NCBI RefSeq assembly: GCF_006345805.1
Contig: NW_021835978.1
Span: 23,605 to 87,604 of the forward strand
DNA from: Octopus sinensis
Lineage: Eukaryota
Direction of reading: 5' to 3'
Length of the DNA: 64,000 bases
Position numbers and translations under genes: made by a program. Each line of letters starts with the position of its first letter. Positions within the stretch are counted from its first letter, which is position 1. The notes beneath the pieces are model-generated. The model was not told the DNA's origin. It did no database searches and was given only the letters and a program-made list of their open reading frames with translations. Positions 29,284 through 42,971 of the stretch are shown here, piece after piece.

Positions 29284-29534
29284 TGTCTGTATGTATCCAT
29301 ATGGATGCATGTATTTGTGTATATATATGTGTGTGTATGTCTGCGTGTGTTTCCATCTCTCTCTTCTCTCTCTCATTCTCTCTCTCTCTCTCTCTCTGGA
29401 TATGAATGTGTATATTTAAATGATGGATACACATTCATATCCAGAGAGAGAGAGAAAGAGAGAGACGAGGGATATGGAAACACACATACATATATATACA
29501 CAAATACATGCATCCATACGGATACATACAGACA
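29284..29534. repeat. Local foldback inverted repeat centred near 29420
   Basis: ctggatatgaatgtgtat / atacacattcatatccag and tgtatccatatggatgcatgtatttgtg / cacaaatacatgcatccatacggataca. Confidence 0.85.
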
Positions 29535-29704
29535 CAAATGTACGCAAAAGACCTATAATTTGCTTCGAATTAAGAAAAACAAAACACACAGACACCTGTC
29601 TTGTTAATCCTTTTACTTTTACTTTTAATTTATTCATTTATTTGTTTGTTTTGTTTTTTAATTATAAAATTATATTAAAATAGTTACAATTCCGACGGCG
29701 ACGA

Positions 29705-29721
29705 CGATGATGATAACGACA

Positions 29722-29755
<34 letters not shown>

Positions 29756-30240
29756 CGATGATGATGATGATGATGATGATGATGGTGATGGTGATGGTGA
29801 TGATGGTGATGATGATGATGATGATGATAATGATGATGATGATAGTAATGATGATGATGATGATGATGGTGATGGTGATGATGGTGATGATGATGATGAT
29901 GATGATAGTAATGATGGTGATGATGATGATGATGATGATGATGATGGTGATGATGGTGATGATGGTGATGATGATGATAGTAATGATGGTGATGATGATG
30001 ATGATGGTGATGGTGATGATGGTGATGGTAATGATGGTGATGATGATGATGATGATGATAGTAATGATGGTGATGATGATGATGATGGTGATGATGGTGA
30101 TGATGATGATGATGTTGATAGTAATGATGGTGATGATGATGGTGATGGTGATGATGGTGATGATGATGATGATGATAGTAATGATGGTGATGATGATGAT
30201 GATGATGATAGTAATGATGGTGATGATGGTGGTAATGATA
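29705..30240. repeat. Long (GAT)n array with GGT and AGT-AAT variant units
   Basis: Directly visible; generates the poly-M, poly-I and poly-S pseudo-ORFs. Confidence 0.95.
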
Positions 30241-30611
30241 TAGAGGACAAGAGGGAGGGGTGAAGAGGACGTGTTGGATGACAATCGTATCGCTAATGAT
30301 GCTTTACGCTGTTGTTGTTCGTGTTGGTGTTGGTGTTGGTAGTGGTGGTGGAAGTAATGTTATTGATGACGATGACGATGATGATGATGATGATAATGAT
30401 GATTATGATCATGATGCTGGACTTGATGACGATCATGACGTTGATGATGATAATGATGATGACAATGAAGCTGAGACAAATTTTTAGCAACATGTCAGAA
30501 TGTGTGTGTGTGTGTGAGTGTGTGTGCGTGTGAATGTGTGTGTTTGTCTGTAAGTGACTGCCTGTTTGAGTGTGTGTGTGTGTGTATATACGTGTGTGTA
30601 TGAGTGAGTGT

Positions 30612-30805
30612 AAGGCAGCGAAATGGTACAATCGTTAGCTCACTGGACAAAACAGTTACGGCATTTCTTCCGTGTTTACCTTTGTGAATTCAAATTCCGT
30701 TGTGGTCGACTTTGCCTTTCGTCATTTCGGGAATGATAAAACAGTACTGGGAATCTCTGCAATCAACTTATCCCTGCAACGAAACTGCTGGCCTTGTGCC
30801 AAACA
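30612..30805 (+). mobile_element. SINE family B, diverged
   Basis: aaggcagcg...gaattcaaattccg..gtggtcgactttgcctttc...ggccttgtgcc. Confidence 0.75.
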
Positions 30806-31333
30806 TCGAAGTCAAAATGAAAGTGTGTGTGTGGGGGGGGGGTGTTTATGTGTGCGCGCGTGTACGTGTTTGTGTTTATGTGTATGTCCGTCAGCGAGAG
30901 GAAAAGAAAATGAAGGAGAAAGAGAAAGAGGGAGACAGAGAAAAAGAGAGAGATTGGACGTCAGAGACAGAGATACGCGACGGAATTTAAGTTTACGGAA
31001 AGTCATGTGCGTCAGATATTATTATTTGTAACGCAAGTGGTTTAGTTACGCTTGTATGAAACTTTGACAGACCCACAAATAAGGATTGAAAATGAGAAAT
31101 TTAAAAGCAACGTCGAAGTCTTCTCTCAGATATTAGCTTTTCATATCCATACACACGCGCACACATATGATATGATATATAAATATATATATATAAGTAT
31201 ATACATTATATGAATGAACGTATGTGTATATACATATATATATGTACATATGTATATATATATATATTTGTACATATATTTATGTATATGTATACGTATA
31301 TATGTATATATATGTATATTATATGTATATATG

Positions 31334-31393
<60 letters not shown>

Positions 31394-31498
31394 GCATATT
31401 TATATATTATTTAAATCTCACAGGATGCAATTTTTCTTACTGATTTAGCGGAAAAGTTAGCTATGTATACAGTTTCATATCTGTGGTGTGTGGTGTGC

Positions 31499-31540
<42 letters not shown>

Positions 31541-32423
31541 GTGTATTGTGTGTATGTGTGTGCGTATTTATGTGTATATATACTCATGAACATACACCTA
31601 GAGTAGACGAATCAGGCCCTCAGCAATGTCTTATTATGTTCAAATAATAAAACAAAACCTATCATTTTTAGAATTGAATTCTGTTATCTACTTTTTCTTT
31701 TCCATTCCTTAGACATCAGTATTTGCATACACGTGTATATATGCATACAAATACATATATACATATGTATGCATATGTATATATTAATTCATGCATACAT
31801 ATATAGATATACTTAAATATAAATTCACATATACATTCGTACATACACACATACGTACATACATATATACATATATGCATATATAGATATATATAAATAT
31901 AAATTCACATACACATACATACACACATACATACATACATACATACATACATACATACATACATACATACATACATACATACATACATACAACATATTCG
32001 TGATCAGGCTCACCTATTTTCTTAACACTTGACCAAACCAAAATCTCTCGAACTTTCTCGAACGATTTACTGTCATAACTTGACGTCAAATGAACGCATA
32101 ACACACAATGAGGCAACAGACAGTCACGTAATTACATGTGTGTGTGTCCATGTGTGCGTGTGTGCGTGTGTGCCTTGGCCTGACCGTTAATCCTTTTGTA
32201 GCTAAAATAATATTTTTTGTCAGACGTAAACTTCCTTGACAAACGCTTTGCAGAAAATCTCTTAGCGATATTCCACCTGTAAATGGCACCCAAACACAGG
32301 CACGCACTGCGCACACGCAGTCATATACATCTGTATATGACTGATATTTTTTATTTTATGTATGCCTACGTATGTCTGTATGTATATGTCAATGTATACG
32401 TTGATGCATATGTATATATATAT

Positions 32424-32799
32424 TGATAAAAACGGTAAGATAACAAAAGAAAGAAAGAGACCTCGATATTATGTAATTAGAGGAATTTATCTGTAAATGT
32501 AATATGTGACAATTATTCGGTAGCCAAGATGAAACTCCGAGTTTCGGATGCCGAGGTGGAAATCCACGCCGCTATCTCTTCAGTTATCCAGCCATCGGAA
32601 AAACGCTATGTAAAATTACCGTTATACAAGGGGAAATTACTGTGTTATTGACCCCTATTAAGACAAAAAAGCTATTCGAATGAACACTAAGATGGCCGGA
32701 CAACTGAAGAGATGGCGGCGTGAATTTCCACCTCGGCATCTGGAACTCGGAATTCTTTCTTGGCTACCGAAAAATTGTCACATATTACATTTACAGATA
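32424..32799. mobile_element. Short foldback element in (TA)n with ~108 bp inverted arms (32488-32596 / 32691-32799) bearing hammerhead-like motifs
   Basis: Arms are reverse complements. Minus strand 32528-32589 reads ggataa-CTGAAGA-gatagc..gtgga/tccac..gcatcc-GAAA-ctcggaGTT-tcatc. The plus copy has GGAA instead of GAAA. Confidence 0.7.
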
Positions 32800-32811
32800 T
32801 ATATATACATA

Positions 32812-33027
32812 TACTCTTTTACTTGTTTCAGTCAGTTGACTTCGGCCATGCTGGAGCACCGCCTTTAGTTGAGCAAATCGACAACAGGACTTATTGTTTG
32901 GAAGCCTAGTACTTATTCTATCGGGGTCTTTCGCCGAACCGGTAAGTTACGGGGACGTAAACACACCACCATCGGTTGTCAAGCGACACACAAGCATACA
33001 TACACACCCACATACATACATACATAT

Positions 33028-33090
<63 letters not shown>

Positions 33091-33248
33091 GGACTTCTTT
33101 CTATTTCCGTCAACCAAATCCACTCACACAGGCTTTGTCGGCCCGAGGCTATAGTAGAAGACACTTGCCCAAGATGCCACGTAGTGGGACTGAACCCGGA
33201 ACCATGTGGTTAGTAAGCAAGCAACTTACCACACAGCCACTCCTGCGC

Positions 33249-33250
<2 letters not shown>
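32812..33250 (-). mobile_element. SINE family A, full length
   Basis: Reverse complement of consensus, ending cttaccacacagccactcctgcgcc. Confidence 0.95.
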
Positions 33251-33336
<86 letters not shown>

Positions 33337-33348
33337 TCTACCTATCTA

Positions 33349-33399
<51 letters not shown>

Positions 33400-33436
33400 C
33401 TATCTGTCTGTCTGTCTGTCTGTCTATGTATGTATG

Positions 33437-33491
<55 letters not shown>

Positions 33492-33492
33492 T

Positions 33493-33529
<37 letters not shown>

Positions 33530-33975
33530 AAACAAAACGATGACATTGGAAAGCCAGATGTCATGCTATAAGACGTGGTAGTATCTGAGTTGGGTTACCT
33601 GGATGATATCCTACAGAATTATCAAGCCTTGGATATCAAGTGCACTCCATTTGGGAATGTTACATTTTCAGATCATACAGGCATAGAGACATATATATAT
33701 ATAATATATATATATATAATTATATATATATAATATATATACATATATAACATAAGTATATATAGAAACACACACACACTCGCACACACATGCGCTCGAA
33801 CACACACACACGCACACTCACACACACATACACACATGCATACAGATAGATATACCATTTAATGTATAGTACTTAAATAACATTTCTCTCTCACTGTATA
33901 AATTTCTCTTTCGTTGAAGTTATATTGATGTAACAGCAAAATATACACACCACGCATATGTATATGTGTATATAC

Positions 33976-34008
<33 letters not shown>

Positions 34009-34074
34009 GTGTGTGTGGTGTGTGTGTGTATGTATATATGTACATATATGCATGCGTTTGTGTAAAAATATATG

Positions 34075-34705
34075 TATTTATAAAATTGGAAATTATGAGA
34101 TCCTTTATTATTTTCTATGATCGATTTTACCCTTCGCACACTGTGTTGCTGGGTAGATCGGTCGAAACGATTGAAGAGAATTATGAAGAATTTCAGGAAT
34201 TTAGAAGCCTTTTTCACATATTCGATCTGTACTTATTCTTGTCAGCTAGCTAAGCTGATTAATAATCTATGGTTGAGCACTGAACTACATTGATCTGGTA
34301 ACAAATTGTACAAACGGATAAGTGGAGTGAATGAATATAGAGTCAAGTGTTTTAACCAGCAGTAAAATTAATCTCGTGACCTATGGAGTAGACAGACCAC
34401 TACAATAGGCACTCAGCCAACGATGCGTTATAACAAAAGAGCATGAAGCGTTTCAATACGAGTGTGACAGATGATAAAATGGTGTTTAAAAGTAATTAAG
34501 GGATTACACAGCAAAAGAAAAATATGGAGCTGCATTGAGCAGGTATGTTTCTTTAAATTCATCCTGACTGTACTCGGGAAAGATTTTGTGTTTGCGTTAG
34601 TGGCGTTAATACCCCACCAATCAGTTCTATTAGCGAGTGCATTTTGAAGTAATAAAGATTACTTCAAAATGCACTCGGATCTCATAATTTCCAATTTTAT
34701 AAATA
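34075..34705. mobile_element. 631-bp element with 29-bp terminal inverted repeats and a subterminal 20-bp hairpin
   Basis: tatttataaaattggaaattatgagatcc (34075-34103) and its exact reverse complement (34677-34705); hairpin cgagtgcattttgaagtaat-aaag-attacttcaaaatgcactcg at 34634-34677. Confidence 0.65.
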
Positions 34706-34924
34706 AAAATTTCCATCGAGAATCGAACCTGTATTTTTACCATGGTCTTCGGAGAACGTTTTCCTTTTTCTTCTTGATCATTATCTTCATCTCACGGTGT
34801 TAAATGTCAACAATAAATGAAGCCAATAACAAGAAATTAACACAAACAAAAAGAAGAAAGAAAAATACAAATGAAAAATATAACTAGCGATTCCCTACAA
34901 ATTACGTCGAAAAAAACTGAGACA

Positions 34925-35295
<371 letters not shown>

Positions 35296-36466
35296 GAAGG
35301 CTATGTACAGAGAAAAAGAAGAAAAAAACATGGTTCGAGGAAGAAAGTAAGACGTAAAAAAAATAATAGAAGAGAAGAAAGACAAAAACGAAATGTATCA
35401 AAAAGGAAGTCCGATAAAAACAATAATAAATACAACGGCATCATCATCATCATCATCATCATCGCCATCACCATCATCATCATCATCATTATCATCGGTT
35501 TAAAAACAAAATAATAGTAAGCAAGACGTATAGTAAAAAAAATTTACAAAGCAACAAAATAGAATTCTAAAAAAAAGAATTAACACAACCTAACAAATAA
35601 AAATAAATTAGTGCAGCAAATATTTAAAAAAAGTGTAAAAGTGAAAGTAAAAGTAAAAATAAAAGTAAATAAGAGTAAAAGAAAGGTGGAATTTTATACA
35701 AAGTGGAAATGTTTGAAGCAAATGTGATTTTATGGCTTAAGTTTAATTTCCGCCATCTTGCTACTTAACACTTCTTTCTGAAAATTGTCTGGTGACAGAA
35801 GTAAATAATGTGAGTCATATTGTATGTGCTTGTGTATGTAGGTGTACGTGTATTTGTGTGTGTTTGCGAGAGAGAGAGAGTGGGGGAAGGCAGGGAGAAG
35901 GCAGACAGGCAGACAGAAGAAGAGATATACAGACAGTAAAACGGGGAGAAGGAGGGAGAGAGAGAGAGAGAGAGAGAGTAAATAGCTACATTACTGAAAT
36001 TTCAGTTTTCAGACACCATTGCTGGTGCCGGTGTCGTGGTTAGAGAATCGGTGTGGTGGTCATGGGTGAATAGATGGTCCGCAGCAGCAGCTGAGGTGTT
36101 GGCGGCAGTGTTTGTGGTGATGTTAGTGGTGTTGGTGATACTAGTAATAGTAGTAGTAGTGATGGTTATGGCAGTTGTGGTGTTGGTGGTATTGTAGTTG
36201 TTGTTGTTGTTGGTTGTAGTAGTAGTAGTAGTAGTCAAGGTTGTGGTGCTGGTACTAGTGGTCCTAATGTTTATCGCAGTTCGTATGCGAGTGGCTTACG
36301 TTGTTAATCTGGACAAGCTCCACCGCCGGCAAAACTTCGAAATCACTTTCGAATTAGCTTCTCAAGTCAGACAGACGCGACTACACCTACCTACAGATAC
36401 CTCTATCTATCCATCTATTTATCTATCTATCTATCTATCTACCTATTCGATCGATCGATCTATGTG

Positions 36467-36515
<49 letters not shown>

Positions 36516-36621
36516 ACACACAAACACCCACATATATATATATATATATATACTATTCATTCGCATACACGCATGTGTATCTGCATCTATCTATTTTATA
36601 CATACATACATACATATTATA

Positions 36622-36653
<32 letters not shown>

Positions 36654-36684
36654 TATACATACAGACATATACTTTATATATGTA

Positions 36685-36728
<44 letters not shown>

Positions 36729-37392
36729 ATGCCGTACGATTTATTACTTAATAGTAATAATAATGATAATAATAATAATATATGTGCGTGTGAGTTTGTG
36801 TATTTTCTAATTGACTTAAAAGCGCAGACTTCTGGCGGTTAAAACTGATGTAGTTAATCTTCCTGTTGAACAGTTTATAAAACATTGCTAAAACTTATTC
36901 AATGACAAACGGTAGCGACGTCATAACGATCGTCAGGAGATAAGTAGAGAAAGAAAGAGGGGTGAGAGGTAAATTGAGTGAGAGAGAGAGAGAGTGAGAA
37001 AGAGAAATGCAAGGCCAGAGAAAGTGTGTGGATAGTCTCCAAATGAATTTTCTTGAAATAATCCATATATTTTTAAAATGCAGGGCTTCTTGTATTTTGA
37101 GCATTAATTTAGTGTGATAAACGAGCTGCTTCGTAGGTCATACTTTGTATGTAATGGAGGACAATTATTTTCTGATTGTCTTTTGTTGCTGCTGTTCTTG
37201 CGGCCGTCGATGCTGTTCTTTAGTTGTAGGTAGGCGTTATGTTCTATGACCAAAGCAGTATAGGGGCTTATTATATCAAGGCCGAAAGTTTCAAACACAA
37301 GTTTGAACCTGGCGGGATTTTAACGAAGAACGTATAAAGTTCGAAATAAATATGAACAGGCCTTTTATCCGACATTCTAACAAGACAGATTG

Positions 37393-37618
37393 TAATGGGT
37401 TGGTGCATAAATATCGCGGAATTTTTTGCAATAAAGTTTATTCAACAAAAACAATAACAACATTTAACAAAAACATCTTGAAATGATTATTCTGGAGCAT
37501 ATTCACCATCTACTTCAGTTTCTGCATGGCGTTTTATTCAATCTGGCGTTTTGTTGACATTTTTTGTTGAATAAAATATATTGCAAAAAAGCCACAATAG
37601 TTATACACCAACGTAATA
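37393..37618. mobile_element. Mariner-derived MITE with degenerate TIRs
   Basis: taatgggttggtgcataaatatcgcggaattttttgcaata...ttattcaacaaaaa versus tttttgttgaataa...tattgcaaaaaagccacaatagttatacaccaacgtaata; TA termini. Confidence 0.75.
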
Positions 37619-37632
37619 TTTAATGCGTCATC

Positions 37633-38012
37633 GGAGGCGCAATGGCCCAGTGGTTAGGGCAGCGGACTCGCGGTTATAGGATCGCGGTTTCGATTCCCAG
37701 ACCGGGCGTTGTGAGTGTTTATTGAGCGAAAACACCTAAAGCTCCACGAGGCTCCGGCAGGGGATGGCGGTGATCCCTGCTGTACTCTTTCACCACAACT
37801 TTCTCTCACTCTTACTTCCTGTTTCTGTTGTACCTGTATTTGAAAGGGGCGGCCTTGTCACTCTCTGTGTCACGCTGAATATCCCCGAGAACTGCGTTAA
37901 GGGTACACGTGTCTGTGGAGTGCTCAGCCACTTACACGTTAATTTCACGAGCAGGCTGTTCCGTTGATTCGGATCAACCGGAACCCTCATCGTCGTAACC
38001 GACGGAGTGCTT
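37633..38012 (+). mobile_element. SINE family C, full length with target-site duplication
   Basis: A-box tggcccagtgg and B-box ggtttcgattccc; TSD aatatttaatgcgtca (37615-30) / aaaatttaatgtgtca (38015-30). Confidence 0.95.
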
Positions 38013-38164
38013 TCAAAATTTAATGTGTCAGAACTGTTAGAGCTGTGTTTGTTGCAGTTCCCTTTGTCCTGCGTTCCAATCTCTACATTACCTCTCGTTC
38101 TTTCTAGGTTGATAATGTAGCAGAGAATAATGTAAAAGATAAAAAAATAGTGCAGAGAGACATA

Positions 38165-38320
38165 GCCCAGGTGTAGCCGTGAGATTATGAAGCTCGTTTT
38201 GAAATCACATGTTTTCTGAGTTCAGTCCCAATCCGTAGCAGCTTGGATAAATTTCTTCCATAGACCTGACCGACCGAGGGAATTTCATTGATAGCGGAAA
38301 GTGTATGGAAGCACGTCGTA
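38165..38320 (+). mobile_element. SINE family A head, very diverged
   Basis: caggtgtagccgtg...cacatg...gagttcagtccca...gaagcacgtcgta. Confidence 0.5.
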
Positions 38321-38326
38321 CGTATA

Positions 38327-39110
38327 TATTAGGTTATCCCATAAGTAATGTCGTTTTTTGTAGTATGCTTTAAAGAAATGAAAAAGCACGTGAGGTACCA
38401 AATTAATCAACTAAATATTCCCCATCTGAATGACTAACATTCTTCCAATGATGCAAAAGGTTTTTTACGATCTTCCTATAGAAATCAACTGGTTTAGAAG
38501 AGAAAAATTCATGAAGTCCGTTTCAAGTGCTTCTAAGGGATTGTACTCTTTTCCATCAATAAATTTTGCAAGCTCTGGAAAAAATTATAATCCGAGGTCA
38601 GGAGAATATAGGGGATGTGGAAGCCTTTCCCGACCTAGCGTCTTAATCTTGGAACATGTGATTCTTGCACTATGAGGTCTGGCATTGTCAACATGAAAAA
38701 GGACACCCTTTCGATTGACTAGGGACCATCTTTTTGTTTAAGTTTTTCATTGAATCTATCAGTTTGTTCACTGTACATTCGAGATGTAATTGTCTTGCTT
38801 TGTTGCAAGGTTTCAAAGTGTATTACACCAAACATGTCCCACCAAACGCTTAACAAAACTTTCCAAGGTTGCAGATTAAGGTCAGCTTTCAACACATCAT
38901 GATCAAAAGAAACAGGGAGTCTAGAAGGGCAAGTATCTTCGAAGCTGAAGCATCCATGTTAAGATTTATAGAACCAACGTTGATACATGCCAACACTTCT
39001 TGCACATTTTTTACAGCATTTGTTGCATCGTTGCTTGTTTTAATCTCGTACAACTTTTCTTTCTTCCGTATCGCATACCTTGTTGCCAGCTAGGCATGAT
39101 ATGTCTATGA
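38327..39110 (-). pseudogene. Mariner (Tc1/mariner) transposase relic with one TIR
   Basis: Minus-strand translation across frameshifts gives WWDMFGVIHFETL...GVLFHVDNARPHSARIT...LPHPLYSPDL; tattaggttatcccataagtaatgtcg terminus at 38327. Confidence 0.85.
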
Positions 39111-39240
39111 TCCAGCATAGTTTTTTTTTCTCAATTAAGACTATGTCTGGCTTCCTATCCTCTATCTCATGGTTGCACTGTATCATAACATCCCTTAGGA
39201 AATTTGCATTTTGATGATGCCTTCAGGTTTGTGGTCGTAC

Positions 39241-39310
<70 letters not shown>

Positions 39311-39338
39311 GTTGTTGTTGTTGTTGTTAATATTATTA

Positions 39339-39436
<98 letters not shown>

Positions 39437-39467
39437 CATTATTATTATAATCATCATCATCATGATT

Positions 39468-39858
39468 AAGCAGCGAGCTAACAGAATCGTTAGCACGCCG
39501 GACGAAATGCTTAGCGGTATTTCGTCTGCCGCTACGTTCTGGGTTCAAATTCTGCTGAGCTCGACTTTGCCTTTCATCCTTTCGGGGTCGATTAAATAAG
39601 TACCAGTTACACACTGGTGTCGATATAATCGATTTAATCCCTTTGTCTGTCCTTGTTTGTCCCCTCTGCGTTTAACTCCTTGTGGGTAGTAAAGAAATGG
39701 GTATTTCGCCCGTCGCTACGTTCTCAGTTCAAATTCCGCCGAGGTCGACTTCCATAATTTCTGGGGTTGATAAAATAAGTACCAGTTGAATACTGGGATC
39801 GATGTAATCGAATCATCCCCTGCTCCAAAAATGCTGCCCTTTTGGCAAAATTTGAAAC

Positions 39859-39860
<2 letters not shown>
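39468..39860 (+). mobile_element. SINE family B flanked by (ATT)n arrays
   Basis: aagcagcgagctaacagaatcgttagcacgccgg...; internal duplication from about 39700. Confidence 0.9.
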
Positions 39861-39933
<73 letters not shown>

Positions 39934-40340
39934 CATTGATATTCCAGGAAACCTATATGATTAAGGTAAAATATTCAGGTTTATCCAACGGAAATATATC
40001 TCTAAATTCTTATCTGATGTGAAATATTATGGGATTTATATCTTAAGTTTTGAATAACCTGCTTTGAATACCTAACAGTGAACAAACTTGTAAAATATTT
40101 GGAGAAATCCGTTATTAATCACCATTGGATTCTTCATATATTTATATATGGGTGGTTGCTGACATATTTTTTCGCGTATGGATATTTTATCCTGTCTCTG
40201 CTGTTCTGCGTTTGTGCGCTTGAAAATAAATTATCTTATTTGTATCTCATTATACATATTTCGGCGTTTTCAAGGCAGACATTGGTTTGATTTTATTTAT
40301 CCAGTTATACACACACATACACATACACACGCACACACAC

Positions 40341-40636
<296 letters not shown>

Positions 40637-41827
40637 TATATTTAATGTATGTATGTATGTATGTATGTATGAATGTATGTATGTATGTATGAATGTATGT
40701 ATGTATGTATGTATGTATGTATGTATGTATTATGTGTACTGAAACAAGTCAAAGAGACACGATAAAAGATTAAATCATGTTACGTTTATATCGAAAGTAA
40801 CATGATTGTCGTGTCAGGACACCGAATACAAAACATCGACATTAAGTTGGATATAACGATTATCTTTTGGTATTAAAACCGCTTCTGTCGTAAATGATTA
40901 ATTTTTAATGAATTCTATTATATTTTTAGAATTAAGTATTCTTAGGAATTATATTAAAAAATTGTTCAAATATTTTGTTTATTGTAGAATTATAACCAAT
41001 TCATTGTACATACATTTTAAGAAAATCTTCAATGAACCCCTGAAGGGTTATATGAACACCTGTTGAGAACCCCTCAGAAGTTAAAAGAGAATTAGAGACC
41101 CGGAATATTTTTTATATTTTTACTTTTTAGGATTAATTTACAATCGTCATTGTTACACGTATTTAATGCTGTAATAGTATCATGTATTGCAAGCGTCGGA
41201 ATTTTCCATTTTAGCAGAATTAGAGAACGGGTAATATGATCAGTGCAAAAGTAATTTGAAATCGGCTTCAGCTTACCCCACGAGCGTAATTTCAAATTGA
41301 TTTCAGATTACCGGGAACTGGAAATGGAGAAGGGTAACTCGAAATCTTCACCTCGGAATAAATATTGATACGAACTCTAAACAAACTCTGTCTCAACTAT
41401 TGAATAGCACGTTGTGAATACATAAACTTTATTCACACGAATACATACGTTACACATGCGTACACGCGTTTCCTAATTCGCGTGCTGAAGTTTGCAATGT
41501 GATTTTAGTGTTGCGGTTAACACAGTGATCCGTGTTTCACAATAAACGGCTTTCGAATCCCATGGAGGATATTAAAACTACTTCTGTTTTTGGTGCCAAC
41601 TGTCTTTTATCTGTCTCCGTCATTGCACTGCAGCCATGCTGAGACATCAGGCTCGAGGCTTTTGTCAAACAAATGTACTCCAGTGCTTAGTCATTTCAGC
41701 TAAACTGCTAGCTTACCGAGACTTCAAAAAACCCCAAACAATTGCTGTTAAAAGGTGGTGGGTGACAGACATAAAAACACACACGCACACCCTCCACACG
41801 CACACACTCACATATCTATCTACCTAC

Positions 41828-41939
<112 letters not shown>

Positions 41940-41972
41940 GTGTATGTCTGTCTCTATGTCCCCCTCTCTCAC

Positions 41973-42020
<48 letters not shown>

Positions 42021-42648
42021 GTATGTATGTATGTATGTATGTATGTATGTATATAAATCGTTGCTATTACAGCAAAAGTGTCATAAGCCCAAAACGTTAC
42101 TTTTTCAGAAAACAAGAAAATAGTTTTACCATTCCATAGCAAAAGCGTTCTACTACACTTTGACAATTTTTGATATCTTGGCATTTGAAGCAGCAGGAGA
42201 TACGATAATTTGACCAAAACAACCGGCTATTGCAAGCAAAAATGAATATTGAAATAAATATTGAAAAAAAAAAAAACAATGGCGGTGACCCAGCATAGCC
42301 ACAGCTCGTGAGCTGAAACTAGATAAAATATAAAAATATAAATATATATATATAAAATACATTAGCCAAATCTGGACATACGGCACTTTTACATATTAGC
42401 AACGATATGTATGTATACGCGTACACACACACAAACACACACATATATATACATACATATATACGTGTGTGGGTGCGTGTACATGTATATCATATATATA
42501 TATATATATATATATAAGAAAATAGTAAAGTGTGAAAAAACGACAGAAGGCTTAAATGTTAACAAATATATATATTTGTGTCAAAATGTCTGGAGAAATT
42601 GGAAAAATTTTTTTCCTTTCCTTAAATGACATAATTTTAAAATTTTTT

Positions 42649-42688
42649 AAGAAATTACCGGTTTCGCGTGTAGCTTTTCAAATTTCTT
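42649..42688 (-). ncRNA. Hammerhead ribozyme variant (U3-A8), inverted pLTR copy
   Basis: Exact reverse complement of 44205-44244. Confidence 0.7.
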
Positions 42689-42971
42689 GTGACGTTATGT
42701 TTATATTGCATGGAGTTATCGCTGTATTTATTTTCAGGAGATTTCTAAATAAGGGGAGGTAGTGAGTGATTTCTTCCGGTGTAAGGGAGATAATCGCTTA
42801 ATTTTTTTTTCCTTTTCCCTTGTTCATTTCTCTGTGTCAGTATGTTCGGATGGTTTTTCCCTTTCCCTTGTTAATTTCTCTGTGTCAGTATGTTCGGATG
42901 GTTGAGTCTGGGTTTGTACTTTTCAATGAAGAATGTTTCCTTGTTCAGTCTCATTTGTGTTGATGATCCGA

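Noticed and set aside
29670-30284. Long poly-Met, poly-Ile and poly-Ser ORFs
   Set aside because: These are translations of a (GAT)n array in several frames with no coding signal.
36295-36395. Possible minus-strand exon ending AAC/gtaagc
   Set aside because: Stops occur in all three frames and the acceptor is weak; a UTR exon cannot be supported without transcripts.
37633-37705. tRNA gene
   Set aside because: The A and B boxes belong to a SINE head continuing into a SINE body with a TSD, and there is no proper acceptor stem.
42933-42971. Apparent N-terminus MFPCSVSFVLMIR of the 185-aa ORF
   Set aside because: It is antisense sequence from the inverted pLTR arm, not a real start.
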